A stretch of 56,748 nt of DNA, from the IMG/VR virus record IMGVR_UViG_3300030329_001316, positions 1 through 56,748 of that record. One strand, 5' to 3'. This document shows, in pieces, positions 45,421-54,648 of the stretch (its first letter is position 1; each line of letters starts with the position of its first letter). The notes under the pieces are model-generated. The model was not told where the DNA came from. It saw only the letters and a list, made by a program, of their open reading frames with translations, and searched no databases. This DNA is from a virus. Lineage: Duplodnaviria > Caudoviricetes. The position numbers and the translations under genes are program-made.

Positions 45421-45577
45421 ACTTATCCTCCATGTATTGTTTTAGTCTCTTTTTAGTACTAAGATATTTTCTTACCATTTCAGTTCTATGTTTATCAGGT
45501 ATATTTCTATCACACCTATCACAGAATAGTTTTTGTAGAGATGTCATCTTATCACTACAATAGATACACTTCATCAT
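45401..45577 (-). CDS. Small zinc-finger protein (58 aa)
   Basis: MMKCIYCSDKMTSLQKLFCDRCDRNIPDKHRTEMVRKYLSTKKRLKQYMEDKYGNSDK; AAGGAG RBS. Confidence 0.65.
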   Translation of the reverse strand: MMKCIYCSDKMTSLQKLFCDRCDRNIPDKHRTEMVRKYLSTKKRLKQYMEDKYGNSDK

Positions 45578-45612
45578 ATCATCTCCTTATTGGTTAAGAG
45601 TTTAAATAATTA

Positions 45613-45810
45613 TTGAGCAGTTTGTAGGGGCTTTCAGCACAATTACATCTATCGCCATAGATAACTATCTAAAGCATGCTCAGGCTAGAGACTGTGGTTG
45701 GCGTCTCATCTCCGTATTAGGGAACCTTTTGAGTGTTTAACTCTAGGCATTCATTGCACTTTTAATGCTGACAGTTTGCGTTACTGCTTAACAATTACAC
45801 CTACGTACGA
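45613..45810 (-). ncRNA. Candidate structured RNA (~200 nt)
   Basis: No ORF; stems TGAGCA/TGCTCA, ATCTAT/ATAGAT, GAGAC/GTCTC, GAGT/ACTC, GCATT/AATGC, GTAGG/CCTAC. Confidence 0.4.
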
Positions 45811-45831
45811 AATCTTCACATTTAATTTATT

Positions 45832-46240
45832 GAGTTGTGGCGGGATTTGGGTTACCCGCATGCTACCATATTAATATTGGCAGTGTTTCATCTACAAGAG
45901 TGATCAAGTATGCTACTCCTATCTCCATTAGGGCTGGTCACCCCGATAGGTCGTCACATATGGCTAGTTAAACCATAGACTAAATAATGCATCATGCTTT
46001 AATGTAAGTCCTGCTTACCGTATACACATTGTCTATTTCTAGACTGATGCACCCACTGGACAAGGATTCCCTTATCTAATTATTTGGTACAACAACTGTT
46101 CTAGCTTCTACTAGTTCTATAACACCACTTGATGTTACAGCGAGCACTACCTCTAACAGTCTACCTGCACACTCCTTATCAGAATGCTCCACAGGTTTCA
46201 CATCGTTAATCCACAGGTGATCAGGCCTGTATCATAACTC
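45832..46240 (-). ncRNA. Candidate large multi-domain structured RNA (~410 nt)
   Basis: Ends pair (GAGTT/AACTC); nested stems ATCAAGT/ACTTGAT, TGCATCA/TGATGCA, GTAAG/CTTAC, GTCTA-GAAA-TAGAC (GNRA on - strand), ACAGG/CCTGT, GCGGG/CCCGC. Confidence 0.55.
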
Positions 46241-46485
46241 TCAAATCTATCTCATTATTCATTGTATTATGTTGGTCACTTATAATACATAGCTAGTGTA
46301 CTAATGTGCCGTTTGTTATCTTACTAATGTTTGGTATAAGTTTATATATATAATGTACACAGGCATACACGCACAGATACTAGCATGATTCTTCATTCTG
46401 TGTAAAAAGCAGTATCTTATACATATATACACTGTATACACTATAATGTTGTTAAATTGTTCATTAAAGGACGAAATGCTAGGTA

Positions 46486-46785
46486 TTAAGTACCCAGCAT
46501 CTCATCAACTTCAGACAACTCTTCACCAAGAGAGTCTATCGCTTCAGTAGTTGGATCAAGCAACTCTAAACCATGCTTAGCTGCTATGTTCACCACTACC
46601 TGGAAGTGAGTAGACCACTTCTGTAGTACCTGTCTTTGCGAAGGAGTCTGCGTTCTAAACACAGGATCCCAACCAGACTTAGTACCAGCAGTAGCTAACT
46701 CCTTGAACATCTTAGATAAAGTGCGTTCATACTCTGCAGCCAACACCTTATGTGCTGTCTTATGTTTAATTAATCCTCTTGACAT
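46486..46785 (-). CDS. Hypothetical protein, first gene of the early strand
   Basis: AAAGGAG RBS; 99 aa. Confidence 0.65.
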   Translation of the reverse strand: MSRGLIKHKTAHKVLAAEYERTLSKMFKELATAGTKSGWDPVFRTQTPSQRQVLQKWSTHFQVVVNIAAKHGLELLDPTTEAIDSLGEELSEVDEMLGT

Positions 46786-46874
46786 ATAGTCTCCTTTAAG
46801 TTATTAAGATAATTTATTTTATCTCATAATCATTTATTTTAAATCAAAAATAACGTAATTTCCATTTTGGAAAT

Positions 46875-46890
46875 CCACCCGATAGGGTGG
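46875..46890. promoter_or_regulatory. GC-rich hairpin CCACCC-GATA-GGGTGG at the early/late divergence point
   Basis: Perfect 6-bp inverted repeat in very AT-rich DNA, next to TTCCA-TTT-TGGAA. Confidence 0.5.
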
Positions 46891-46952
46891 GTGTGTAATA
46901 TAATACCACATACTAAAATTGCACAATTTTTAAAAGTTGCCTAAAATAAACC

Positions 46953-46981
46953 TTGTTTTTAAATAATCCGTTTAATAAATT
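46953..46981 (+). promoter_or_regulatory. Sigma70-like promoter TTGTTT-N17-TAAATT for the packaging operon
   Basis: Matches 18762-18790. Confidence 0.6.
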
Positions 46982-46987
46982 TTGTCT

Positions 46988-47164
46988 ATGAAAAAGTATA
47001 TACTTACTATAATGTATAATGAAACAAATGATACTGTTGAATGGATACAGGAAGAACTTGAAGATATAGAGGTACTTACTGAGATAACTGAAGCTGATAT
47101 AGCGAAGTTAACTATCGAAGATGTAGATGCGATAATGTTAGATAAAGATTATGCAAAGGCATAG
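46988..47164 (+). CDS. Small acidic protein (probably leaderless, ATG 46988)
   Basis: Track ORF 46982..47164; ATG lies 7 nt after the -10 box, no SD. Confidence 0.55.
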   Translation: MKKYILTIMYNETNDTVEWIQEELEDIEVLTEITEADIAKLTIEDVDAIMLDKDYAKA

Positions 47165-47171
47165 ATCTAGC

Positions 47172-47195
47172 GCCCCCTTGACGGGGGCTTTGTTT
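47172..47195 (+). terminator. Intrinsic terminator-like hairpin directly before terS
   Basis: GCCCCC-TTGAC-GGGGGC followed by TTTGTTT. Confidence 0.6.
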
Positions 47196-47197
47196 AT

Positions 47198-47929
47198 ATG
47201 AGAGTATATAAAGTAAATAAAATAGAGCATACAGTTTTCGATGAAATAGATGAAGTACCTACTAATATCAACATCGTAAGTGACTGGCGCAGTGGTCAGA
47301 TAGGCGACTGGGTTAAGGCTGATGATGGGTGTTATATACAAATATTGCGCAAAGGTAAGATGGTCGTGCCGAAAGGGCGGAACAAGGTTAGGGAATATGT
47401 AGGCACGTGCACTGGGACTTTTCCAGTAACCTCCAAGGCGAAGATGGACACTTCGCGCAGACTCAACATTTACTCCTTTGGAGGGAGTAAGAGTTCTGCA
47501 GACGTTCTGCTAGATCGGACCGTACTAAGTAAGCATGAGCATCTCTTTGTTGTATATATAGCATCAGGACTTTCTCCTCAAGAAGCTTATATGAAGGCTT
47601 TTCCTACTGTTAATCCAGGATATGCTAAGCATAAGTCTGCTCAACTAGTTAAAACAAAAAGGATAACAACTGCTATGAAAGAAGAATTAAAGCCTATATT
47701 AGAAGAAATAGGTGTAGATGAAAAAGCGATATTAGAGAATATTAATAATATAGCACTTACTTCAGATAAAGATGAGACTAGATTAAAAGCATTATTTAAG
47801 CTATCTGATATAATGGACTTAGAGGATAAAAATAGAACTACAGTTACACAAGTATCTGGAGCATTATTTCAAGGATTTAAAAATAAAGATTTATTAACTG
47901 CTGAAAGACCAAAGGAAATAACTGAATAA
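47198..47929 (+). CDS. terS: Terminase small subunit-like protein
   Basis: C-terminal HTH 'FVVYIASGLSPQEAYMKAF...SAQLVKTKRI' and 'RLKALFKL'; upstream of terL. Confidence 0.6.
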   Translation: MRVYKVNKIEHTVFDEIDEVPTNINIVSDWRSGQIGDWVKADDGCYIQILRKGKMVVPKGRNKVREYVGTCTGTFPVTSKAKMDTSRRLNIYSFGGSKSSADVLLDRTVLSKHEHLFVVYIASGLSPQEAYMKAFPTVNPGYAKHKSAQLVKTKRITTAMKEELKPILEEIGVDEKAILENINNIALTSDKDETRLKALFKLSDIMDLEDKNRTTVTQVSGALFQGFKNKDLLTAERPKEITE

Positions 47930-49488
47930 TGGAAATGGTTGTAGATAGAGGACATAAGTTAGGGCAACCAGCTAGTCCAACGTGGGAAGAAAGTGTAGAA
48001 ACTGCAGGTAGCGTATATAATGCTTTATCTAAACCTTTACATGTTGGTTTGGATATGCTTAGTTATTTTCCTCCTGCTGATTTAGCTCACTCAGCTCTTT
48101 ATGCCGCAGAAGGTAGTCCTGGTATGGCCGCATTATATGCAGGTTTCTCTATTCCAGGATTAGGAGATTATGGTCAAGCAGGTCATTTAATTCATAAATA
48201 TGCTACAGCTCCTATACGTGTTCCAATGGGTAGGTTATGGACTAATGTAAAAATGCCAGTTGGATATGAATTACCAAGAATTGCTGATTTAAAAGGTGAT
48301 ACTGGGTCTTATTTTAAAGGTATAAAAACAGCATTATGGGATGATAAACCATTATGGTTACATAGATTAGATCATGATGCTTTTAAACTTGGTGATGATT
48401 TATATGCAAAAGAACTTACTAAAGGAAAAGGTGGGCCAATAATGAAACATATAGGCACCCACAATCAAGCAGTTAATAAGTCTGAATCACTTCTAAATTA
48501 TAAGTGGAGTGGAGATATAGAAGATATAGCAGCAAGGTATCATTTAAATAGAGCAGTATGGGGTTTGGGTGATAAAGCATTTAAAGGTACAAGACAAATA
48601 TATAATCCAAAGGCTGCGACAACTAAAAGGTATGAAAACGTTAAATATAATATAAAAAGAGGCGATATATTTAGAGAAGCAAAATCTGTTAATCCTTCTG
48701 ATAAAAAATACAAAGATTTAGGTAAGTTATGGGAATTTAATACTGATACTGAAATAGGTAAAAGATTATATAAAAATTGGAATGCTTTATTCACTAAACC
48801 TGGTTATGATAGGTATCATCCTATATTTGGTAATTTTGGAGTAACTACTAAAGATGGATTAAAACGTATGACAGATCCTACTGGAGAGTGGGATTTTGGT
48901 ATAAAAAGAGCATATAGTCGTGGTCCAACTGTAAAACAATTAGGAGAGACTGGTTCAAAAGGTTACACAAAAGATATGAATCTTTTTCATTACATAGTTT
49001 CAAATGATCTATATAAACATTTAAAACCGTTACCTATGTATGATAGAATGTTTGATACATGGGATTTTGCTCTTAATAATCCTACATGGGCAAATATATT
49101 TTCAAGTCCTACGAGTTTTGCAAGACACTATGGCTCTAAATTGTTCGGTTTAAGCCCTGTAAAAGTAATACAAGATGTGCCAGAGACATTAACGTATTCA
49201 AAATTAGGGGAAGATATATGGCTTCATCATGGGATAGTAGGTTTATTTAAACCAAAATATTTAAAAAATCTAGATCCTTCAAATTTAAAAACAAGAATAA
49301 GGCCACAGGATTTAAAATCGAAAGCAAGAAACATTAAACAACAGATGATTCAGAATCCATATCCTGCTGTAATAAATAATCCTTTTGGTAAATTCAAAGG
49401 GACAACAGGTAGGAGATTAAATTCTAAATCAAAACTTAAAAATTTTGAACGCAAACAATGGAATCATCCAAATCCTTTTGATAAATAA
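47929..49488 (+). CDS. Polymorphic-toxin-like protein with pre-toxin TG-like N-terminus and basic C-terminal region
   Basis: 'LHVGLDMLSYFPPADLAHSALYAAEGSPGMAALYAGFSIPGLGDYGQAG' resembles the PT-TG consensus. Confidence 0.5.
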   Translation: MEMVVDRGHKLGQPASPTWEESVETAGSVYNALSKPLHVGLDMLSYFPPADLAHSALYAAEGSPGMAALYAGFSIPGLGDYGQAGHLIHKYATAPIRVPMGRLWTNVKMPVGYELPRIADLKGDTGSYFKGIKTALWDDKPLWLHRLDHDAFKLGDDLYAKELTKGKGGPIMKHIGTHNQAVNKSESLLNYKWSGDIEDIAARYHLNRAVWGLGDKAFKGTRQIYNPKAATTKRYENVKYNIKRGDIFREAKSVNPSDKKYKDLGKLWEFNTDTEIGKRLYKNWNALFTKPGYDRYHPIFGNFGVTTKDGLKRMTDPTGEWDFGIKRAYSRGPTVKQLGETGSKGYTKDMNLFHYIVSNDLYKHLKPLPMYDRMFDTWDFALNNPTWANIFSSPTSFARHYGSKLFGLSPVKVIQDVPETLTYSKLGEDIWLHHGIVGLFKPKYLKNLDPSNLKTRIRPQDLKSKARNIKQQMIQNPYPAVINNPFGKFKGTTGRRLNSKSKLKNFERKQWNHPNPFDK

Positions 49489-51047
49489 TGGCTAATATAA
49501 ACACACAAAATGTATCTAAGGCAGAAGAGGCTTTAATGCTTGCTCAAAAAGATATGATTGCATTTGGTAAGTTATTTTTAGCTGATGATTTTATGAGAAG
49601 TGAAACTCCTCCATTCCATTATGAAGTAGCAGATGCTATTTCAGATATGGACAAAAGACAAACAGCTATTATATTACCTAGAGGGCATGGAAAGACTGTA
49701 CTTACTAAGTGTAGTATTATGAAAGATTTTTGTTTTGCAACAGGACCTTTATTTTATGGTTGGGTAGCTGCCTCGTCTAAAATCAGTGTTCCAAATTTAG
49801 ATTATATAAAATACCATTTGGAATTTAATGAAAAAGTTTCGTATTATTTCGGTAATTTAAAAGGTAAAAAATGGACGGAAGACGATATAGAACTAACAAA
49901 TGGATGTAAACTTATATCAAAATCAAATTTATCAGGAATTAGAGGAGGAGCTAAACTCCATAAAAGATACGACCTCATCGTTCTGGATGACTTTGAAGAT
50001 GAAAATAATACCATTACGTCTGAGTCTCGTGCTAAAATCGCGAATCTTGTTACCGCTGTTGTTTTCCCTGCTCTTGAGCCACATACGGGTAGGCTTAGGA
50101 TTAATGGAACTCCTGTTCATTTCGACTCCTTTATACAAAATATACTTGTCGGTAAAGAAAAAGCTGAAAAGCAAGGTGAAAAATATAGTTGGCATGTAAT
50201 CAGTTATAAAGCTATGCAACCAGACGGTAATTCTTTATGGCCTGGTTGGTTTGGTAAAAAAGAAATGGAACGTAAGAAAAAGTTCTATGCTGATTCAGGA
50301 CAACCACAAAAATTTTATCAAGAGTATATGATGGAAGTTCAAAATGCAGAAGATGCAATTTTTACTAGAGATCATATACAATTTTGGGACGGAAGATTTA
50401 AACATGACGAAGATACTGGAGTTAATTACATCATACTTGCAGATGGCACTGAAAAACCTGTTAACGTATTTGGAGGGGTTGACCCAGCTACGGACAGCGC
50501 TAGAAGAGATACTGACTTTAGTGTTATCCTCATTGTCGCTATTGATGGGGACAATAATTGCTATGTTCTTGACTATCTTCGTAATAGGTCATTACCTGTG
50601 CTTGGGATTCCTGGCGATGGTAAAAAAGGGATTGTGGATCATTTATTTGATTATAACAAAATTTATCACCCTTCTCTCTTTACGATTGAGGATACCGCAA
50701 TGTCTAAACCAGTATTTCAGGCACTTGTTTCAGAAATGAGAAGAAGAAATGATTTTGGAGTTAAGTATTGTGCTGAAAAACCAGGGAACAGAATGAGTAA
50801 GAGGGATAGAATACAAGAAGTATTAGCTCAAAGATTTGCAATAAGAAGTATGTTTTTAAGAAAAGATCAATATGATCTACAACATGAAATTTTTACATTT
50901 GGCCCTAGAATGGGTCATGATGATACAATAGATGCTTTAGCTTATGCATGTAAACATGCACATCCACCTAAGTCTATGAAACAAGATAGACATTCTGGTG
51001 TTTGGACTAAACATCGACCAGCTGCAAAAAGTTGGATAACAGCATAG
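49488..51047 (+). CDS. terL: Terminase large subunit
   Basis: Walker A PRGHGKT, Walker B LIVLDDFE, 'NGTP', nuclease 'GVDPA' and 'HDDTIDALAYA'. Confidence 0.95.
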   Translation: MANINTQNVSKAEEALMLAQKDMIAFGKLFLADDFMRSETPPFHYEVADAISDMDKRQTAIILPRGHGKTVLTKCSIMKDFCFATGPLFYGWVAASSKISVPNLDYIKYHLEFNEKVSYYFGNLKGKKWTEDDIELTNGCKLISKSNLSGIRGGAKLHKRYDLIVLDDFEDENNTITSESRAKIANLVTAVVFPALEPHTGRLRINGTPVHFDSFIQNILVGKEKAEKQGEKYSWHVISYKAMQPDGNSLWPGWFGKKEMERKKKFYADSGQPQKFYQEYMMEVQNAEDAIFTRDHIQFWDGRFKHDEDTGVNYIILADGTEKPVNVFGGVDPATDSARRDTDFSVILIVAIDGDNNCYVLDYLRNRSLPVLGIPGDGKKGIVDHLFDYNKIYHPSLFTIEDTAMSKPVFQALVSEMRRRNDFGVKYCAEKPGNRMSKRDRIQEVLAQRFAIRSMFLRKDQYDLQHEIFTFGPRMGHDDTIDALAYACKHAHPPKSMKQDRHSGVWTKHRPAAKSWITA

Positions 51048-51054
51048 GAGAATT

Positions 51055-51363
51055 ATGCCTACAGTAGGAGATTTAAGTTTCCCTTATACAAAAGAGGGAT
51101 ATGAAGCAGCTAGAAGAGCTTCATCAATGTTAGGAGTTCCAGTAAGTGAATATTCAGAGGTTCAACCTGAAGAAAGTTTATACTCAAATATTGGTGGTCA
51201 ATTAGGTTCTGTTTTTGGACAAGGTGTAGATAATAGAGGTGGATCAAGAATTATGAAAAGCCCTGGATTATCAACTCCAGACTTTAATACTGCATCTACT
51301 GAATCTGAACCTGGTAGAATGTCTTGGCAGAATAAAGAAAAAGATTTTAATATGGGGTATTAA
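51055..51363 (+). CDS. Hypothetical protein, N-terminus homologous to 12508..12624
   Basis: MPTVGDLSFPYTKEGYEAA versus MPKVGGKKFSYSKAGKKAA. Confidence 0.55.
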   Translation: MPTVGDLSFPYTKEGYEAARRASSMLGVPVSEYSEVQPEESLYSNIGGQLGSVFGQGVDNRGGSRIMKSPGLSTPDFNTASTESEPGRMSWQNKEKDFNMGY

Positions 51364-53684
51364 TGAAAAAAGTAGATAGAGTTTTAAGAATATTTGAATT
51401 AGCTGATAGTGATAGTAGGGCTCAATGGGAATATGTGAATCAGAAAGGTTTTGATTTTTCAAATGATAATCAATTATCTGAAGAAGAAAGAGTCACTCTC
51501 GAAGAACAAGGAATGCCTACCTTTACTATAAATAGGATTATGCCTGTAGTAGAAATGTTAAACTTTTATGCTACTGCTAAAGGTCCTAGATGGCAAGCTG
51601 TTGGTGTTGATGGTTCTGATACCGATGTTGCATCTGTATTTTCAGATGTAGCAGACTATATTTGGGATTTATCAGATGGTTCTACAATCTTTGCTAATTG
51701 TGTAAATGATTGTGTAACTAAATCTATCGGTTATCTTATGGTAACTATAGATAAAGATTCTGATCAAGGTATGGGTGATGTAGTTATAAAACAACCTGAA
51801 CCTTTTGATATTTTTGTAGATCCTAAATCTAGAGATATATTATTTAGAGATGCTGCATTTATAATGTGTAGAAAAATTTTACCTAAAGAACATTTAAAGA
51901 AACTGTATCCTGAACAAGTTAGAAAAATTAATGCCGCTTCATCTAATTATGATGATGAGAATAACTTAAGTGAAAAATCTACTGGCGATTATAAAAAAGA
52001 TTTTTCTTATAAAGATATAGATTCTAGTGAATCAGTAGATCCTAATACTGGAGAACATGATGAGTTGTTAGAATATTTTGAATTATATGAAAAGGTTAAA
52101 GTTCCTTTTGTTAATGTTTTTATGAGAGCGCCAATTAATCCTGAAGTTATGACTGAAATGAAGAAAGCGATTAATAAACAAATAGAATCTTTAAAAGAAG
52201 AATTATCAGTTAAGTTCTTAGAAACAAAACAACAATTAGATATGGCTTTACAGCAACAACAGATTCTTCCAGAAAGATATGAGTTAGAATTAAAGAAAGC
52301 TCAAGAAGAAATGGAAGTTCAAATAGAATCTACAAGAACAGAACTAGAAGGTAAAATGATGGCAGAAGCTACAAAGGTAGATAATGTTGTTGTTCCAGAA
52401 GAAGATTTTAAAATTATGCAACAAGAAGAATCTTTTAATAAAATGCTTGTAGATGCAGTTAAATTTTATAAAGAACAAATTAAATTAACATGTGTTGCTG
52501 GTGATAAGTTATTATATGAAAAAGAATTTCCAGAAGGTATAACAGATTATCCTATTATACCATTTCATTATAAATGGACTGGAACTCCTTTTCCTATTAG
52601 TGCTGTTTCACCTCTTATAGGTAAACAAAGAGAAATAAATAAGGCGCATCAAATACTTGTTCATAACGCATCTTTAGGAAGTAGTTTAAGATGGATGCAT
52701 GAAGAAGGTTCTATTGATGCAGACTATTGGGAAAAATATTCTAGTTCTCCTGGAGCATTACTTCCAATAAGACCAGGAGCTCAGGCTCCAACTGCAGTTC
52801 AACCTGCTCCATTGAGTAGTGCTTTCTATGATTTAATTCAAATGGGTAAAAATGATATGGAATATTTAGCAGGTATATATTCATCTATGATGGGAGATAC
52901 TGGTAAGCAGCATGAAACATATAGAGGTATGTTAGCTATGGATGAATATGGAACAAGAAGAATTAAACAATGGATGCAAAACTCAATTGAACCTGCTTTA
53001 AAACATACAGGTGAGATTGTAAAACAATTTACTCAAGCAGTTTATAGTTCACATAAAGTATTTAGAATGGTTCAACCAAATGCAATGCAGGGAGAAAAAG
53101 AAACAGAAATTAATATTCCTTTATATAATGATTTAGGTGAAGCTATTGGTAAGTTAAATGATTATCAAGCAGCTAAATTTGATGTTAGAGTTATAGCAGG
53201 TTCAACATTACCTGTTAATAGATGGGCATATTTATCTGAATTAAAAGAATTATTACAAATGGGTGTAGTAGATGATATTGCAGTATTATCTGAAACAGAT
53301 ATTAAGAATAAAGAAACTATTGCAAAAAGAAAATCTATGTATGCGCAAATGCAAAGTCAATTGTCATCGATGGAAGAATCTTTAAAAGATAAAGATGGTA
53401 CAATAGAAACTCTTCAAAGACAATTAGTTCAAGCAGGTATAAAAGGTAAGGTTCAAGATGCTGAGATGGAAATCACTAAACAAAAAGAACAATTTAAGGC
53501 TAACTTGAAAAAATCTTATTTACAAACTGAAGCAGAACAGAAGTTGGCTACTAGAATAATCAAGGAAGGTGCTACAAAAGCTAACAAGGCTTTACAAGAC
53601 AAAACTAACCTTGAAGGTGAAAAAATATCAATGGAAGCAAATAATATTATAAAAAACTTGCAAAATCAAGGTGAAGATTCTTAA
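51363..53684 (+). CDS. Portal protein (P22-like)
   Basis: 'PTFTINRIMPVV', 'FVDPKSR', 'YPIIPF', 'QREINK', 'KFDVRVIAG'; long C-terminal coiled-coil barrel; follows terL. Confidence 0.9.
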   Translation: MKKVDRVLRIFELADSDSRAQWEYVNQKGFDFSNDNQLSEEERVTLEEQGMPTFTINRIMPVVEMLNFYATAKGPRWQAVGVDGSDTDVASVFSDVADYIWDLSDGSTIFANCVNDCVTKSIGYLMVTIDKDSDQGMGDVVIKQPEPFDIFVDPKSRDILFRDAAFIMCRKILPKEHLKKLYPEQVRKINAASSNYDDENNLSEKSTGDYKKDFSYKDIDSSESVDPNTGEHDELLEYFELYEKVKVPFVNVFMRAPINPEVMTEMKKAINKQIESLKEELSVKFLETKQQLDMALQQQQILPERYELELKKAQEEMEVQIESTRTELEGKMMAEATKVDNVVVPEEDFKIMQQEESFNKMLVDAVKFYKEQIKLTCVAGDKLLYEKEFPEGITDYPIIPFHYKWTGTPFPISAVSPLIGKQREINKAHQILVHNASLGSSLRWMHEEGSIDADYWEKYSSSPGALLPIRPGAQAPTAVQPAPLSSAFYDLIQMGKNDMEYLAGIYSSMMGDTGKQHETYRGMLAMDEYGTRRIKQWMQNSIEPALKHTGEIVKQFTQAVYSSHKVFRMVQPNAMQGEKETEINIPLYNDLGEAIGKLNDYQAAKFDVRVIAGSTLPVNRWAYLSELKELLQMGVVDDIAVLSETDIKNKETIAKRKSMYAQMQSQLSSMEESLKDKDGTIETLQRQLVQAGIKGKVQDAEMEITKQKEQFKANLKKSYLQTEAEQKLATRIIKEGATKANKALQDKTNLEGEKISMEANNIIKNLQNQGEDS

Positions 53685-53687
53685 ATT
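53658..53687 (+). promoter_or_regulatory. Possible promoter TTGCAA-N18-TAAATT for scaffold/capsid
   Basis: Similar to the two TTGTTT..TAAATT elements. Confidence 0.45.
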
Positions 53688-53724
53688 TGCAACAAATTTC
53701 TTTTAAAAAAAAGGAGAATGAAAG

Positions 53725-54576
53725 ATGAATGAAGAAAATAATGAAGTAACTCAGGAATTAAATCCTGACTCTTCGAACGATTTCTTTGCTCAATTAGAGG
53801 ACTCTGTTAATGGAGTCGTCTCAGAGGGAAGTAACCAAGAAGAAACAGTTCAAGAGGTAACCCACCAAGAAGTTGGTGGCTCCACAGATAACTGGGATAA
53901 CGATAGTAATCCTTACAAGAAAAGGTATAAAGATTCAAGTAGAGAAGCAGTCAAATTAAACGACCAACTTCGTCAACTAGAACCATTTATGCCAGTGCTT
54001 GAAGCGATGAAAACAGATAGTGGTCTTGTTGACCATGTTCGTAATTACTTACAAAATGGAGGTCAGCCAACTCAAAATGTAAAGGAGTATCTGAATTTAA
54101 AGGATGATTTTTCATATGATCCTACAGAAGCTATTGAAGATCCAGCTTCTGATTCAGCTAAAGTTCTTGCAGCTCATGTTGACTCTGTAGTTCAACAAAG
54201 AATAGGGCAAGTTTTGACTCAAGAAAAACAAAACGCAGCTCAAGTTCAAGGTAGATTATTACAGAAAAAACAAGAGGATGAGTTTAAAACTAAACATGGT
54301 ATGACTGAAGAAGAGTTTGCTCAATTTAAGTCTTCGGCTCAAGAGAGAAAACTCACATTAGATGATGTTTACTTAATCCTTAACAAAGATAAAAGTAATC
54401 AAAATGTTGCTAATGCAACTAAGACAGAAATGTTAAGTCAAATGAAAAATGTAAGGAACATGCCGACAAGCGCTAGTGATTCAAATAGTCAAGGTTCTGG
54501 TAAAAAAGGTGCAGCCGATTCAATTTTTGATGGGCTGTTAGACCTTGATGGTAATGTAGATAACTTGTTCGGATAG
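53725..54576 (+). CDS. Capsid scaffolding protein
   Basis: Acidic, coiled coil, 'YKKRYKDSSREA'; between portal and capsid genes. Confidence 0.75.
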   Translation: MNEENNEVTQELNPDSSNDFFAQLEDSVNGVVSEGSNQEETVQEVTHQEVGGSTDNWDNDSNPYKKRYKDSSREAVKLNDQLRQLEPFMPVLEAMKTDSGLVDHVRNYLQNGGQPTQNVKEYLNLKDDFSYDPTEAIEDPASDSAKVLAAHVDSVVQQRIGQVLTQEKQNAAQVQGRLLQKKQEDEFKTKHGMTEEEFAQFKSSAQERKLTLDDVYLILNKDKSNQNVANATKTEMLSQMKNVRNMPTSASDSNSQGSGKKGAADSIFDGLLDLDGNVDNLFG

Positions 54577-54648
54577 ATTGGGTAAGACCATCTACCGAAC
54601 ATATAACGTCTGAACCGAAGGTATATTTAATATACAGTTGAGGGGACG
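54566..54648 (+). promoter_or_regulatory. Two stem-loops in the major capsid leader
   Basis: TGTTCGG..TAGAT/ATCTA..CCGAACA, then CGTC..GTATA/TATAC..GACG just before AAGGAG. Confidence 0.5.

Noticed and set aside
45832-45870. tRNA or tmRNA gene
   Set aside because: The arm lacks TTCRA and a CCA end, and I could not find a cloverleaf or tmRNA 5' consensus; kept only as an unassigned RNA.
49900-50739. Alternate-frame ORFs inside terL (49900..50199, 50344..50739) and inside the phosphoesterase (10259..10561)
   Set aside because: No SD or recognisable motifs; fully nested in conserved genes.
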